Source: an uncultured Spirochaetota bacterium
Lineage (GTDB): Bacteria > Spirochaetota > Brevinematia > Brevinematales > JAOACQ01
DNA: 64,000 bases
Direction: 5' to 3'
Assembly: GCA_963835575.1 (NCBI GenBank)
Contig: CAWIGG010000006.1
Coordinates: 101,151 to 165,150, forward strand
Shown: in pieces, positions 17,224-25,594 of the stretch
Numbering within the stretch: position 1 is the stretch's first letter
Layout of the letters: each line of letters opens with the position of its first letter
Notes under the pieces: generated by a model
Told to the model about the DNA's origin: nothing
Databases searched by the model: none
Seen by the model: only the letters and a program-made list of their open reading frames with translations
Translations under genes and position numbers: made by a program

Positions 17224-18714
17224 TTATTGATTTAAGAATTCCTTTTTGATTTTCCCGAATTCGTCCTTGCCGCAGGCCAGGGCCGCCGTGGCCGGCGCCG
17301 CTTTTTTTACGGCCTTTACCATTTCGGCTGAAATTTCCCTGATGTCCCACTGGGCGTGGCTGTCCATGCGCAGCCTTGCGATATGATATATTTCCCTCAG
17401 GCTCGCTTTAACCAGAATTCTCCGCCTGTGCGCGTTTGTCAGAATATATTCCGCGGCGGTGCCATTATCTTTATTGAGACTGTCATACGCCTTTTCAGTT
17501 TCTTCCATAACTCGGGTAAAAAGGCCTTCCTGCCCTGTTTCCTTTATTGAGGGCGGGATTGTGAAGCCCAGCGAGGGATCGTAAGGCTGTTTAAGCAGGG
17601 TCATCATCCGGTGCCGCTTCATCTGGGCGAAGGCGCTGGAGCTGATTATGATCTCAAAAAGAAAATCGGCCGCCTCAAATTCCCTGAAGAGCGTGTCATG
17701 TTCGCCCAGGCCGCTTAAAAGCTCTTTTATAAATTTCATCTGCCCGGCCTGTCCCATTTTTTTTGCCCCGGCCAGACAGAGGCTGTAGGGCTTGCCGGAA
17801 GAGGTATGCAGAAGCGCCGCGATGATTTTCGAATCAGGGTCTTCCGTATGGTCCAGAAGCGTTACGGCGGGATTTTCTTTCTGCCCGCTGTCCGGTATTA
17901 TTTTTCCCGCCAGGTCTGCGAGCTTCTGCCGGCCGTCTTCAAGAAGTCCGTCGGATACTTCCATGCCGAACTGCTTTTTAAAAGCTTCCGGATCGGACAG
18001 TATGATGAGCGAGGGAACGATGCCCCGGGCGTTCTCGTAAAGTTTATTGACGAGTTCGCGGACTTCGCTTAATGGATGGTATTTGAGCTTCCTGATGATG
18101 TATTCAAGGTTCCTCGCGTTCGCCGAAAAACCGAGCTGGCATTCCGTGGCCATCGGCAGGGCATAGCGCGCGTCTTCCTTGGCCCATCCTTCTATTATAT
18201 TCTGCCCGGATTTTGACTCGAGCATTTCCGGGCTCTGTTTTTTCTGAAATTCATGCAGGACTGGAAAAAGCTTTTTATAGGCCTCAACCTGATTGACGAC
18301 TGTATTTCTGAAAAGTTTTTCGGCATCCTTATTGAACTCGGCCGGCATGACGTAATCGCCTTCCAGCGTGATGTACCGCTGGGACTTTTCCGTGTAGGAA
18401 CAGAGGCGGGCTTCCTCCAGCGCTTCGACAGCGAGCCTGGAAAGCCCGAGTATGTCAAAATTAAGCATTGCATGCTCGGCCACGGAATGATGTCCCATCT
18501 TAAAAACGATATTTTCGTTCGATTTTCTGGCCTTGTCCACTTCCTCCCGGGAATCGGCGCGGAGCTCGGTCACAGGGCGCGGGTCCCTGCTGATCCTGGC
18601 GTATGCCGCCGAGATGGTTTCGGGAGTGATGTTATTTTTTCCGTCCCATCCGTCTGTTTTAAGCTTTTCCAGAACGGTTGTGTCCACATTATATCCGGCC
18701 AGCTTTACTTCCAT
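17224..18714 (-). CDS. thyX: FAD-dependent thymidylate synthase ThyX, double-length (pseudo-dimeric) form
   Basis: The N-terminal half has GHHSVAEHAMLNFDILGLSR and RLCSYTEKSQRY (a ThyX motif variant). The C-terminal half has QMKRHRMMT and LREIYHIARLRMDSHAQWDIREIS. GAGGA SD before the ATG at 18714. Confidence 0.85.
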   Translation of the reverse strand: MEVKLAGYNVDTTVLEKLKTDGWDGKNNITPETISAAYARISRDPRPVTELRADSREEVDKARKSNENIVFKMGHHSVAEHAMLNFDILGLSRLAVEALEEARLCSYTEKSQRYITLEGDYVMPAEFNKDAEKLFRNTVVNQVEAYKKLFPVLHEFQKKQSPEMLESKSGQNIIEGWAKEDARYALPMATECQLGFSANARNLEYIIRKLKYHPLSEVRELVNKLYENARGIVPSLIILSDPEAFKKQFGMEVSDGLLEDGRQKLADLAGKIIPDSGQKENPAVTLLDHTEDPDSKIIAALLHTSSGKPYSLCLAGAKKMGQAGQMKFIKELLSGLGEHDTLFREFEAADFLFEIIISSSAFAQMKRHRMMTLLKQPYDPSLGFTIPPSIKETGQEGLFTRVMEETEKAYDSLNKDNGTAAEYILTNAHRRRILVKASLREIYHIARLRMDSHAQWDIREISAEMVKAVKKAAPATAALACGKDEFGKIKKEFLNQ

Positions 18715-18824
18715 TATTTTCCTCACATATGATGTTCTTATTAAGCGGATTATTATTTATAGATTTTAGAAGCTTCTGGGTTTATCAGCATGATAATAAA
18801 ATTTTACTTTAAAACGCCGTCCGG

Positions 18825-19853
18825 TTAATCCAGCGCTGTGATATTTAAAGGCGGTTTATCAATGACTTCAAAATGCACGCTCGTTTCCTTGAATAAATCC
18901 TCGTATGTTTTATCCGGATAATAGGTGCAGGTAATAAACCTTTTTATTCTTGCGTTGACAACCATCTTCGCGCAGATGATGCAGGGCGAATGGGTGCTGT
19001 AAAGCGTCGCGTCTTCCGTGCTTGAGCCATGAAGCGCCGCGTGGATGATGGCGTTCTGCTCGGCGTGGACCGCGCGGCAGACTTCATGCTGTGTGCCGGA
19101 TTTGATCCCCATCTGGTCACGGAGGCATCCCAGCTCGATGCAGTCCTTGACGCCTGAAGGGGCGCCGTTATAACCCGAGCTGATGATATGGTTGTTTTTG
19201 ACGATGATGGCGCCGATATGGTGCCTGATGCATGTGGAGCGCTCCGCGACAAGAAAGGCCATTTTCATAAAATACTCGTCCCATGTCGGCCTCTTGTAAG
19301 GCTGGTAATTCAGCTCAGTCAGGATGCCGTCAATCTTTTTATAAAGGTCTTTAATAGTACCGTCGTTATCTAATTTATAATCGGCGAGTTCGAAGCATTT
19401 GCCGAGCTGCTGGGCTTTATCGTCCCTGGAGTTTTCCCTTTCCTCTTTCTGGATAAATTCTTTTATTGTCGATCCGTCGCCGGCCCTGCCTCGTTTGAGG
19501 GCCCGTTCAAACCTTTTATTGATATCAGCCGTCACTCCGATGAGCTTAAAATCGGCCAGGTTATTCCTGAGCACCTCGATCTCATAAGTATTCCTGATGC
19601 TGTCGACAATGGCCTGGGGCGAATTTTTTATTTTAGTGATTGTCCTCTTGGCCAGAATGGAGGGGCCTTCCTTTTCCCTCAGGTCATTTCCGATGGCGAT
19701 AAGGTTGTCGCGCGTCGGTTCCATGCCCCTGTGTTTTGCCTCTTCCCGTATGATATCGGACAATGAAAACGCGATAAACTTCTTTTTTTCAACCAGGTAT
19801 TTTATCGCTTCGCCTTTTCCTGCCGCGTTCGGCCCTGTAAAACCTAAAAACAT
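18825..19853 (-). CDS. P-loop nucleotide-kinase-like domain fused to dCMP/CMP deaminase (ComEB-type) domain
   Basis: The N-terminus has GFTGPNAAGKGE (P-loop). The C-terminus has AVHAEQNAI and HSPCIICAKMV, the zinc-binding HAE...PCxxC deaminase signature. Confidence 0.8.
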   Translation of the reverse strand: MFLGFTGPNAAGKGEAIKYLVEKKKFIAFSLSDIIREEAKHRGMEPTRDNLIAIGNDLREKEGPSILAKRTITKIKNSPQAIVDSIRNTYEIEVLRNNLADFKLIGVTADINKRFERALKRGRAGDGSTIKEFIQKEERENSRDDKAQQLGKCFELADYKLDNDGTIKDLYKKIDGILTELNYQPYKRPTWDEYFMKMAFLVAERSTCIRHHIGAIIVKNNHIISSGYNGAPSGVKDCIELGCLRDQMGIKSGTQHEVCRAVHAEQNAIIHAALHGSSTEDATLYSTHSPCIICAKMVVNARIKRFITCTYYPDKTYEDLFKETSVHFEVIDKPPLNITALD

Positions 19854-19953
19854 GCCGTCCTCCAGATTTTTAAATATTTAGTGTAGTTCTAAAAACTGAC
19901 AAAAACATAAGAATTAAAAATGTATTATTCCACAAGTAAAATATTTTTGGTAT

Positions 19954-19994
19954 TTCCCAAAACACCAATTTGATATATTGGTGGTTTTTGGGAA
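19954..19994. repeat. long hairpin upstream of the kinase-deaminase gene
   Basis: TTCCCAAAACACCAAT-ttgatat-ATTGGTGGTTTTTGGGAA, a ~17-bp stem with one bulge. Confidence 0.6.
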
Positions 19995-20099
19995 TGCCCT
20001 TAATAAAAACGGGAATTATTAAGAGATATTTTATAGTGCGGAATGGAATTTTACAAAATAATCGAATGGTTTTTATTAAAAAAATAATAAATAGGAAAA

Positions 20100-21611
20100 C
20101 TATTGAGACGCGGCTTTTTTCTTTTTTTCTTTTTTTGCCTTTTTTTCCAGATAAAGCTTGGAATCGGCTTCTTCCATCATTTCTTCAATGGAATAATACT
20201 TTCCGGGCAAATAAGGCGCCGAGCCGACGGAAAAGTCAAGCGTATACGGCTTGCCGGAATTTTGATTATAGTCTTTAATGAATTCCAACATTCTTTTTCT
20301 GATCTGAGAAAATTCCTGGATGGTTGAATCAATTGCAAGAACAGCGAATTCGTCTCCGCCCCACCGGCCTATGATATCTGTCTGGCGGAATGTTTTGATA
20401 AAAATTTTCGCTGTTTCATGGATAATGGAATCCCCTTCTTTATGACCGTATGTGTCATTAATAAATTTTAAGCTGTCGATGTCGATGAAAAAAAACAGGA
20501 ATTCGCGGGGTCTCCTCTTCGAAAGATCAAGGTGCTGTCGGGCCAGAGTCATAAATCCCCTACGGTTGTATAGGCCGGTCAATTCGTCCAGAACGGAAAG
20601 CTGTTCGAGTTTTTTATAGGAGTTTTCAAGGGCCTGGAGTGTTTTTTTAAGCTCTTCTGAGATTTCATTTTCATGCTCGAGGAGCAAAGCGCCTTTTATG
20701 GCTCCGGAAATCTGGCTCCGTAATTCTTCATAGATAATATCATTGTTCTTGATCATGCTGAGCACAATGTAGCCGAAATGCTCGTTTCTCAGGAAAAGCG
20801 GCATAACAGCCGCGCTTACCTGCTCATTTGAATTTATAAACCCGGGCGGTATTATTTTATTTGTCTGAATAACCGGGTTTGAATGATTGACATGCTTGCC
20901 GCCGCGATAGTCAAGCAGTATTTTAGACTCCTGCGGGATTTCCCATTTCAGCTTGCCGTCCCACCGGATATCGCTTTTATATAAACATAATAAAAATTTC
21001 TCTATTCCAAGAATGTCGAACTGGGAAGTCAGAACTTTGATCAATTCTTGAATATTAAGAGTTGACATAATGGATTGACTGATCGAATAAATCAGGAGTT
21101 CCTGATTTCCTCTCTTTTTTAATATATTATACTGAACACGGTTCAGAAATGTGCTGTAGAGAACCTGGGCTTTAAGAAAAATATCCTCTGTTTTATTTAA
21201 TTGTTTAATATCCTTGAGATAAGGGATAATAAGCTTGCGGATAATGATTAATGCCTTTTGCAAGAAGGAGATGTCGACATCCTCTTTTATAAGCTGTTTG
21301 AGGATCTCCTCCATGCCCAGAAGAAAAAAGCTGCTTTCCGAAGGAGCGGTGATATCCTGTTTTAATTTTTTTAAAAGCCGGCCTATCAGGGCAGTATGCG
21401 ACTGATTATCAGCAAAGAAATCCTGAATTTCTTCGAAAATCTCACTGAAAATTGCCGGATCAAACTCATTCGGAATTTTACCCTGTATTTCTTCCCGGGA
21501 ATCTTCTTTTTGATCTGTTTCAAGAGAAACACTGTTCAAAAGTTCATCAGAACATCCGCAGGACTGCCGGATAACCAGTTCGGGTTGGAAGGGAAACGAT
21601 TTCAGGAACAT
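20100..21611 (-). CDS. GGDEF diguanylate cyclase with N-terminal sensor region (downstream part of a frameshifted gene)
   Basis: Contains LDELTGLYNRRGF, FFFIDIDSLKFINDTYGHKEGD and RWGGDEFAVL. The first residues (FPFQPELVIRQSCGC) look like the last strand of a LacI-type periplasmic-binding fold. Confidence 0.8.
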   Translation of the reverse strand: MFLKSFPFQPELVIRQSCGCSDELLNSVSLETDQKEDSREEIQGKIPNEFDPAIFSEIFEEIQDFFADNQSHTALIGRLLKKLKQDITAPSESSFFLLGMEEILKQLIKEDVDISFLQKALIIIRKLIIPYLKDIKQLNKTEDIFLKAQVLYSTFLNRVQYNILKKRGNQELLIYSISQSIMSTLNIQELIKVLTSQFDILGIEKFLLCLYKSDIRWDGKLKWEIPQESKILLDYRGGKHVNHSNPVIQTNKIIPPGFINSNEQVSAAVMPLFLRNEHFGYIVLSMIKNNDIIYEELRSQISGAIKGALLLEHENEISEELKKTLQALENSYKKLEQLSVLDELTGLYNRRGFMTLARQHLDLSKRRPREFLFFFIDIDSLKFINDTYGHKEGDSIIHETAKIFIKTFRQTDIIGRWGGDEFAVLAIDSTIQEFSQIRKRMLEFIKDYNQNSGKPYTLDFSVGSAPYLPGKYYSIEEMMEEADSKLYLEKKAKKEKKKKAASQ

Positions 21612-22419
21612 CCCGGCCCTCCATGAGGTCTAATAAAAGATCAACGGCTGTTTCTACCTCTTTTTTAAACGGCTGGCGGACAGTAGTGGCCGGCGGATGC
21701 GTAAATTTTATTTCCTCAATATCGTCAAATCCGGTCACTTTAATGTCCCTCGGAATTTGATAATTCATTTTATCAAGCGCCGTCATAATTCCCAGCAGCA
21801 TCTCATCGTTGGCCGCCATGATCACATCCGGTTTTACTTTACGCTTTTTCAGCAGTTCTTCAACCGCGCGGAAGCCTGAATCAAACACAAAATTTCCCGG
21901 AGCGACAAGGGAAGGATCAAAATCAATATTATTTTCTTTCAGGGCTTGTTTATAGGCCTCAAATCTGTTATCGGCTTCCTGGAATTTTTCAGGGCCTCTT
22001 ACAAAAGCGATTTTTTTTGCGCCATGCTCTTTGATAAGATGATGAACGACTTTTTTGATGCCGATCGATTCGTCAATGATCACGCTGGGTATTCCGGGGA
22101 CCTCACTGACTAAATTGACTAAAGGGATCTTTTTGAAGTGGTTGAGAAATGAGAAATATTGTTTCAATTCAATATAAACGGATAATGTAGCGTTGGAAAT
22201 AATTCCATCAACTGAATATTTATTCGCGAGGGAATAAATAATATTAAACTGGGTATTAAAATTATAAGAATAGCAAAGAGATTTGCCGGGGAAGAAAAGA
22301 ACATTAATATCTCTTTTCCTGCAGACATCAAACATAAGAGGCCAGATAACACTATGGTAAGACCCATTAAACTGGTTAATGAAAAAAGCAATTGTTTTAC
22401 GGCCGTTCTTTTTCTTCAT
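21547..22419 (-). CDS. LacI/RbsB-type sugar-binding (PBP1) domain, no HTH (upstream part of the same frameshifted gene)
   Basis: 290-aa ORF with the type-1 periplasmic-binding-fold pattern (IAFVRGPEKFQEADNRFEAYKQAL...AANDEMLLGIMTAL...ITGFDD). It overlaps the next ORF by 65 nt in another frame. Confidence 0.7.
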   Translation of the reverse strand: MKKKNGRKTIAFFINQFNGSYHSVIWPLMFDVCRKRDINVLFFPGKSLCYSYNFNTQFNIIYSLANKYSVDGIISNATLSVYIELKQYFSFLNHFKKIPLVNLVSEVPGIPSVIIDESIGIKKVVHHLIKEHGAKKIAFVRGPEKFQEADNRFEAYKQALKENNIDFDPSLVAPGNFVFDSGFRAVEELLKKRKVKPDVIMAANDEMLLGIMTALDKMNYQIPRDIKVTGFDDIEEIKFTHPPATTVRQPFKKEVETAVDLLLDLMEGRDVPEIVSLPTRTGYPAVLRMF

Positions 22420-22633
22420 TGCGGGTTAAATCCCCCTAATTGTATTATATTATTTATGTAAAATTAAATCAAGAGCATTTTATTAACTGACACGAATCAA
22501 TGAACTGTTAATAAAGACTGCTTTTTTTTCATATAAAGATAGTATCATTATAAGGATATTATAAAGTTATAAGCAGAACTGGTATAAAAATGTAATTTTA
22601 AGAATGATTCTTGATTTAATAAGAGACATTTCG

Positions 22634-23644
22634 TTAGGCGGAAACATTTTTCAACATATTCATCTGTTCTTCATTCAGATGTATATCCAGCGATTTGAGG
22701 TTCTCCTCGAGCTGTGCCCGGCTGCTGACGCCAACAACTGGAATGACCTTTGGCTGATGATGAAGAAGCCAGGCCAGGACCAGCAGGCTTTTTTTAACTC
22801 CCAATTCCAGGGATAAATCATCCAGGGCATTCAGCCGGGCGCCGGTATCCGGGCCTTCAAAAAAAGGCCAGTGGTCGTATGTCTTCCGTTTTTCGGGATT
22901 GTCATAAACGCCTTTCAGAAGCGGCGAGTAAGCGGTTAAGATTATATCAGGATTTTCCCTGAGGTAGTCCAGAAGCTCATCGCCGGTATGGGGATAGATG
23001 CCGAAGTCGGAGCCGGGTTTAGGCCTGAGATAGGAATAGCGGAGCTGGACGGCGCAGAAAGCCGCCCATCCGTTTGACCCGCTGATATTCCGGGCCTTTT
23101 CAATGCGCCACGCGCGGTAGTTGCTGCACCCTATGTGCCGGATCTTTCCCTCTTTAACTAGGCTGTTCAGTGTTTCCAGAGTTTCTTCAAGAAGAACGTT
23201 CCGGTCGTCTATATGGGTATACAGGAGGTCGATCCTGTCTGTTTGAAGTCTTTTCAGGCTTCCCTCGACGGCCTTGCGTACCGCTCCGGAGGAAAGGCCT
23301 TCGAATTCCTTTGGAAAAAGGTCCCATTTTATTTCTCCTTTTTCATCCCTTATCGCAGCCGTATCTTTCGGCCTGGCGCCAATTTTTGTCGCCAGGAAAA
23401 TTTTTTCCCTGCTTTTCCTTTCCTTAATCCATTGTCCGATAACCGTCTCGCTTTCATCGCCTGAGCCGGCCCACCAGGCGTAGTTATCGGCCGTGTCAAT
23501 AAAATTCCCGCCCGCGTCCAGAAAGCAATCGAGGATCGAATATGACTCATCCTTTTTGACGGATGTTCCCATGATCATGCATCCCAGGCAGATCCGGCTG
23601 ACCATACGGCCCGTGCGGCCGAGTTCGATTTTATCCATATACAC
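22634..23644 (-). CDS. aldo/keto reductase family oxidoreductase
   Basis: Contains LGRTGRMVSRICLGCM, FIDTADNY, IFLATK, DRIDLLYTHIDD and GKIRHIGCSNY. Confidence 0.85.
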   Translation of the reverse strand: MYMDKIELGRTGRMVSRICLGCMIMGTSVKKDESYSILDCFLDAGGNFIDTADNYAWWAGSGDESETVIGQWIKERKSREKIFLATKIGARPKDTAAIRDEKGEIKWDLFPKEFEGLSSGAVRKAVEGSLKRLQTDRIDLLYTHIDDRNVLLEETLETLNSLVKEGKIRHIGCSNYRAWRIEKARNISGSNGWAAFCAVQLRYSYLRPKPGSDFGIYPHTGDELLDYLRENPDIILTAYSPLLKGVYDNPEKRKTYDHWPFFEGPDTGARLNALDDLSLELGVKKSLLVLAWLLHHQPKVIPVVGVSSRAQLEENLKSLDIHLNEEQMNMLKNVSA

Positions 23645-23700
23645 TCCTTTTCAAACCTTTCCAATAAATTAATTATTCTTCTTTAATATTTTCAATTTTC

Positions 23701-23808
23701 ACAGGAAGACGGGAAGATACAGAGATCAATTTATGACAAACCGCCTTATTCCTTCCCGCCCCTTCAATGCGCTGCGCTTACTCAGGACATCGCTTCCCTT
23801 CTTCCTGT
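23701..23808. repeat. GGAAGACGGGAAG-word inverted repeat, empty
   Basis: ACAGGAAGACGGGAAG (23701-23716) versus CTTCCCTTCTTCCTGT (23793-23808), matching 15/16. A third arm-like copy, TTCCTTCCCGCC, lies at about 23749-23760. The word family is the same as at 13764/15808. Confidence 0.75.
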
Positions 23809-23870
23809 TAAATGTTGTAAAGCGGGCAAAAATATAATGGATATTCTTAACTTAATAATAACTAATATTC

Positions 23871-25390
23871 GTAACTATCCAGCCACTAAAAAATAGTCAC
23901 ATGAAATATTTGCATTGAGCATGAAACCATGCTATTCTATAGCATGAATGAAGATAGAAGAGAAAAAGACTGTGCGGCCTGCTTAAAACGATTTGAAGGC
24001 ATCATTGCTGATTTACAAAACCAGATAAAGGAGCAGGGTTTAATCATTCAAAGACAAGCGGAAAAGATTAAGAAATTGGAAGAACAGCTTAATAAGGACA
24101 GCCATAACAGCAATAAACCGCCGTCTTCCGATAATCCATTCCAAAATACAGTAAAGAATTTACGGAAAAAGAGCGGTAAAAAACAAGGCGGCCAGTTTGG
24201 ACATAAGGGAAATACTCTGAAGAAAGTAGAAAGCCCTGATAAGATCATAGAACATCAGGTTGAAAAATGTTCCTGTTGTGGAATTGATTTAAGTTCCGAA
24301 TCAGTTAAGCGGACGGAAAGAAGGCAGGTGTTCGATATACCTCCGATAAAAGTGGAAGTTACCGAACATCGCTCGGAAGTAAAAGATTGTCCGCATTGCG
24401 GTGCGAGAGTAACGGCGGAGTTTCCGGAAGGCATAACCAATAAGGCACAGTATGGAAAAAACATTAAAGCGCATCTGGTCTATATGAAAACATATGGGTT
24501 GATACCCTATGAAAGGCTTTCGGAATACGCCGAATGTTTATTGGGAGTGCCGCTCAGCAAGGCAACGATTGAAGGATTTATCCGGGAGACCTACAATAAA
24601 TTAGAAGAGTATGAACAGAAAGTCATAGAACTGATACTAAAAGAAGTGGTTCTTCACTGTGATGAAACCGGTATTCGGATAAAAGGGTTATTAAAATGGC
24701 TCCATGTTGCCTCGAATGAACGTTTTACCTATTATTTTTCTCATGACAAACGCGGCACAGAGGCGATGCGTGCGATGGACATTCTCACAAGATTTACCGG
24801 TATTATTATCCACGATGGATGGAAAAGTTATCTGGAATTCTTATGCCGTCATGGATTGTGTAATGTACACCATTTGAGAGAGCTAATCTGGATACATGAG
24901 GAAATGGGTCAGGAATGGGCTAAGGAGATGGGTAATCTTCTTATAAGGATTAAGAATGATAAAGAGGCAAGTTTTCCAATACCGGCGGAAAGGATTATAG
25001 AATATGATACGGAATATGACCGGATCATCGCGAAAGGATTTGCTGTAAATCCAACGCCTGAAAAGCCGGAAGGACTTGTTAAACGCGGCAGAAAAAAGCG
25101 GGGCAAGGTTTTATGCCTATTAGACCGATTAAGAAAATATAAAGAATCTGTCCTTTTATTTATGCGGGAAAAAGATGTTCCATTCAGCAACAATTTGGCG
25201 GAACGGGATATCAGAATGATAAAAGTCCAGCAGAAAATATCAGGTACATTCAGAAGCTGGAATGGAGCGGCTGCCTTTTGCAGAATCAGGGGTTATATAT
25301 CTACAGTAAAAAAGATGGGCGTCAGTGTTTATCAAGCCCTTATTGACGCGTTGAACGGCTCCGCTATTAAATATGCGGCTGGATAGTTAC
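23871..25390 (+). mobile_element. IS66-family insertion sequence (single-ORF type), intact
   Basis: Perfect 14-bp TIR GTAACTATCCAGCC (23871-23884, and complement of 25377-25390). An 8-bp direct target duplication TAATATTC lies at 23863-23870 and 25391-25398. A GTAA terminus and an 8-bp TSD are IS66 hallmarks. Confidence 0.9.
23929..25386 (+). CDS. IS66-family transposase
   Basis: Leucine-zipper N-terminus, CPHCG zinc finger, HCDETG, WLHVA, IIHDGWKSY, CNVHHLREL and PFSNNLAERDIRMIKVQQKISGTFRS. The stop codon lies inside the right TIR. Confidence 0.9.
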   Translation: MLFYSMNEDRREKDCAACLKRFEGIIADLQNQIKEQGLIIQRQAEKIKKLEEQLNKDSHNSNKPPSSDNPFQNTVKNLRKKSGKKQGGQFGHKGNTLKKVESPDKIIEHQVEKCSCCGIDLSSESVKRTERRQVFDIPPIKVEVTEHRSEVKDCPHCGARVTAEFPEGITNKAQYGKNIKAHLVYMKTYGLIPYERLSEYAECLLGVPLSKATIEGFIRETYNKLEEYEQKVIELILKEVVLHCDETGIRIKGLLKWLHVASNERFTYYFSHDKRGTEAMRAMDILTRFTGIIIHDGWKSYLEFLCRHGLCNVHHLRELIWIHEEMGQEWAKEMGNLLIRIKNDKEASFPIPAERIIEYDTEYDRIIAKGFAVNPTPEKPEGLVKRGRKKRGKVLCLLDRLRKYKESVLLFMREKDVPFSNNLAERDIRMIKVQQKISGTFRSWNGAAAFCRIRGYISTVKKMGVSVYQALIDALNGSAIKYAAG

Positions 25391-25497
25391 TAATATTCTT
25401 TTTATCAGTCAAACTATTCTTTTAAATATATTTCAATGTCAATAGAATTAAAAAAATGTTTTCATGCAAATTAACACCGCTGCACCTTTCATAAAAA

Positions 25498-25526
25498 ATG
25501 ACAATTTTGCCGGATTTTGTTATAAT
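25498..25526 (+). promoter_or_regulatory. putative sigma70 promoter of carB
   Basis: ATGACA (25498-25503), 17 nt, TATAAT (25521-25526), about 70 nt upstream of the carB ATG. Confidence 0.45.
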
Positions 25527-25594
25527 ACTTCAATTGCGTTATTCCATAAAGATATAATTGTGTAAGTCTCGATGGAGTACATTCAGAGGACTTT

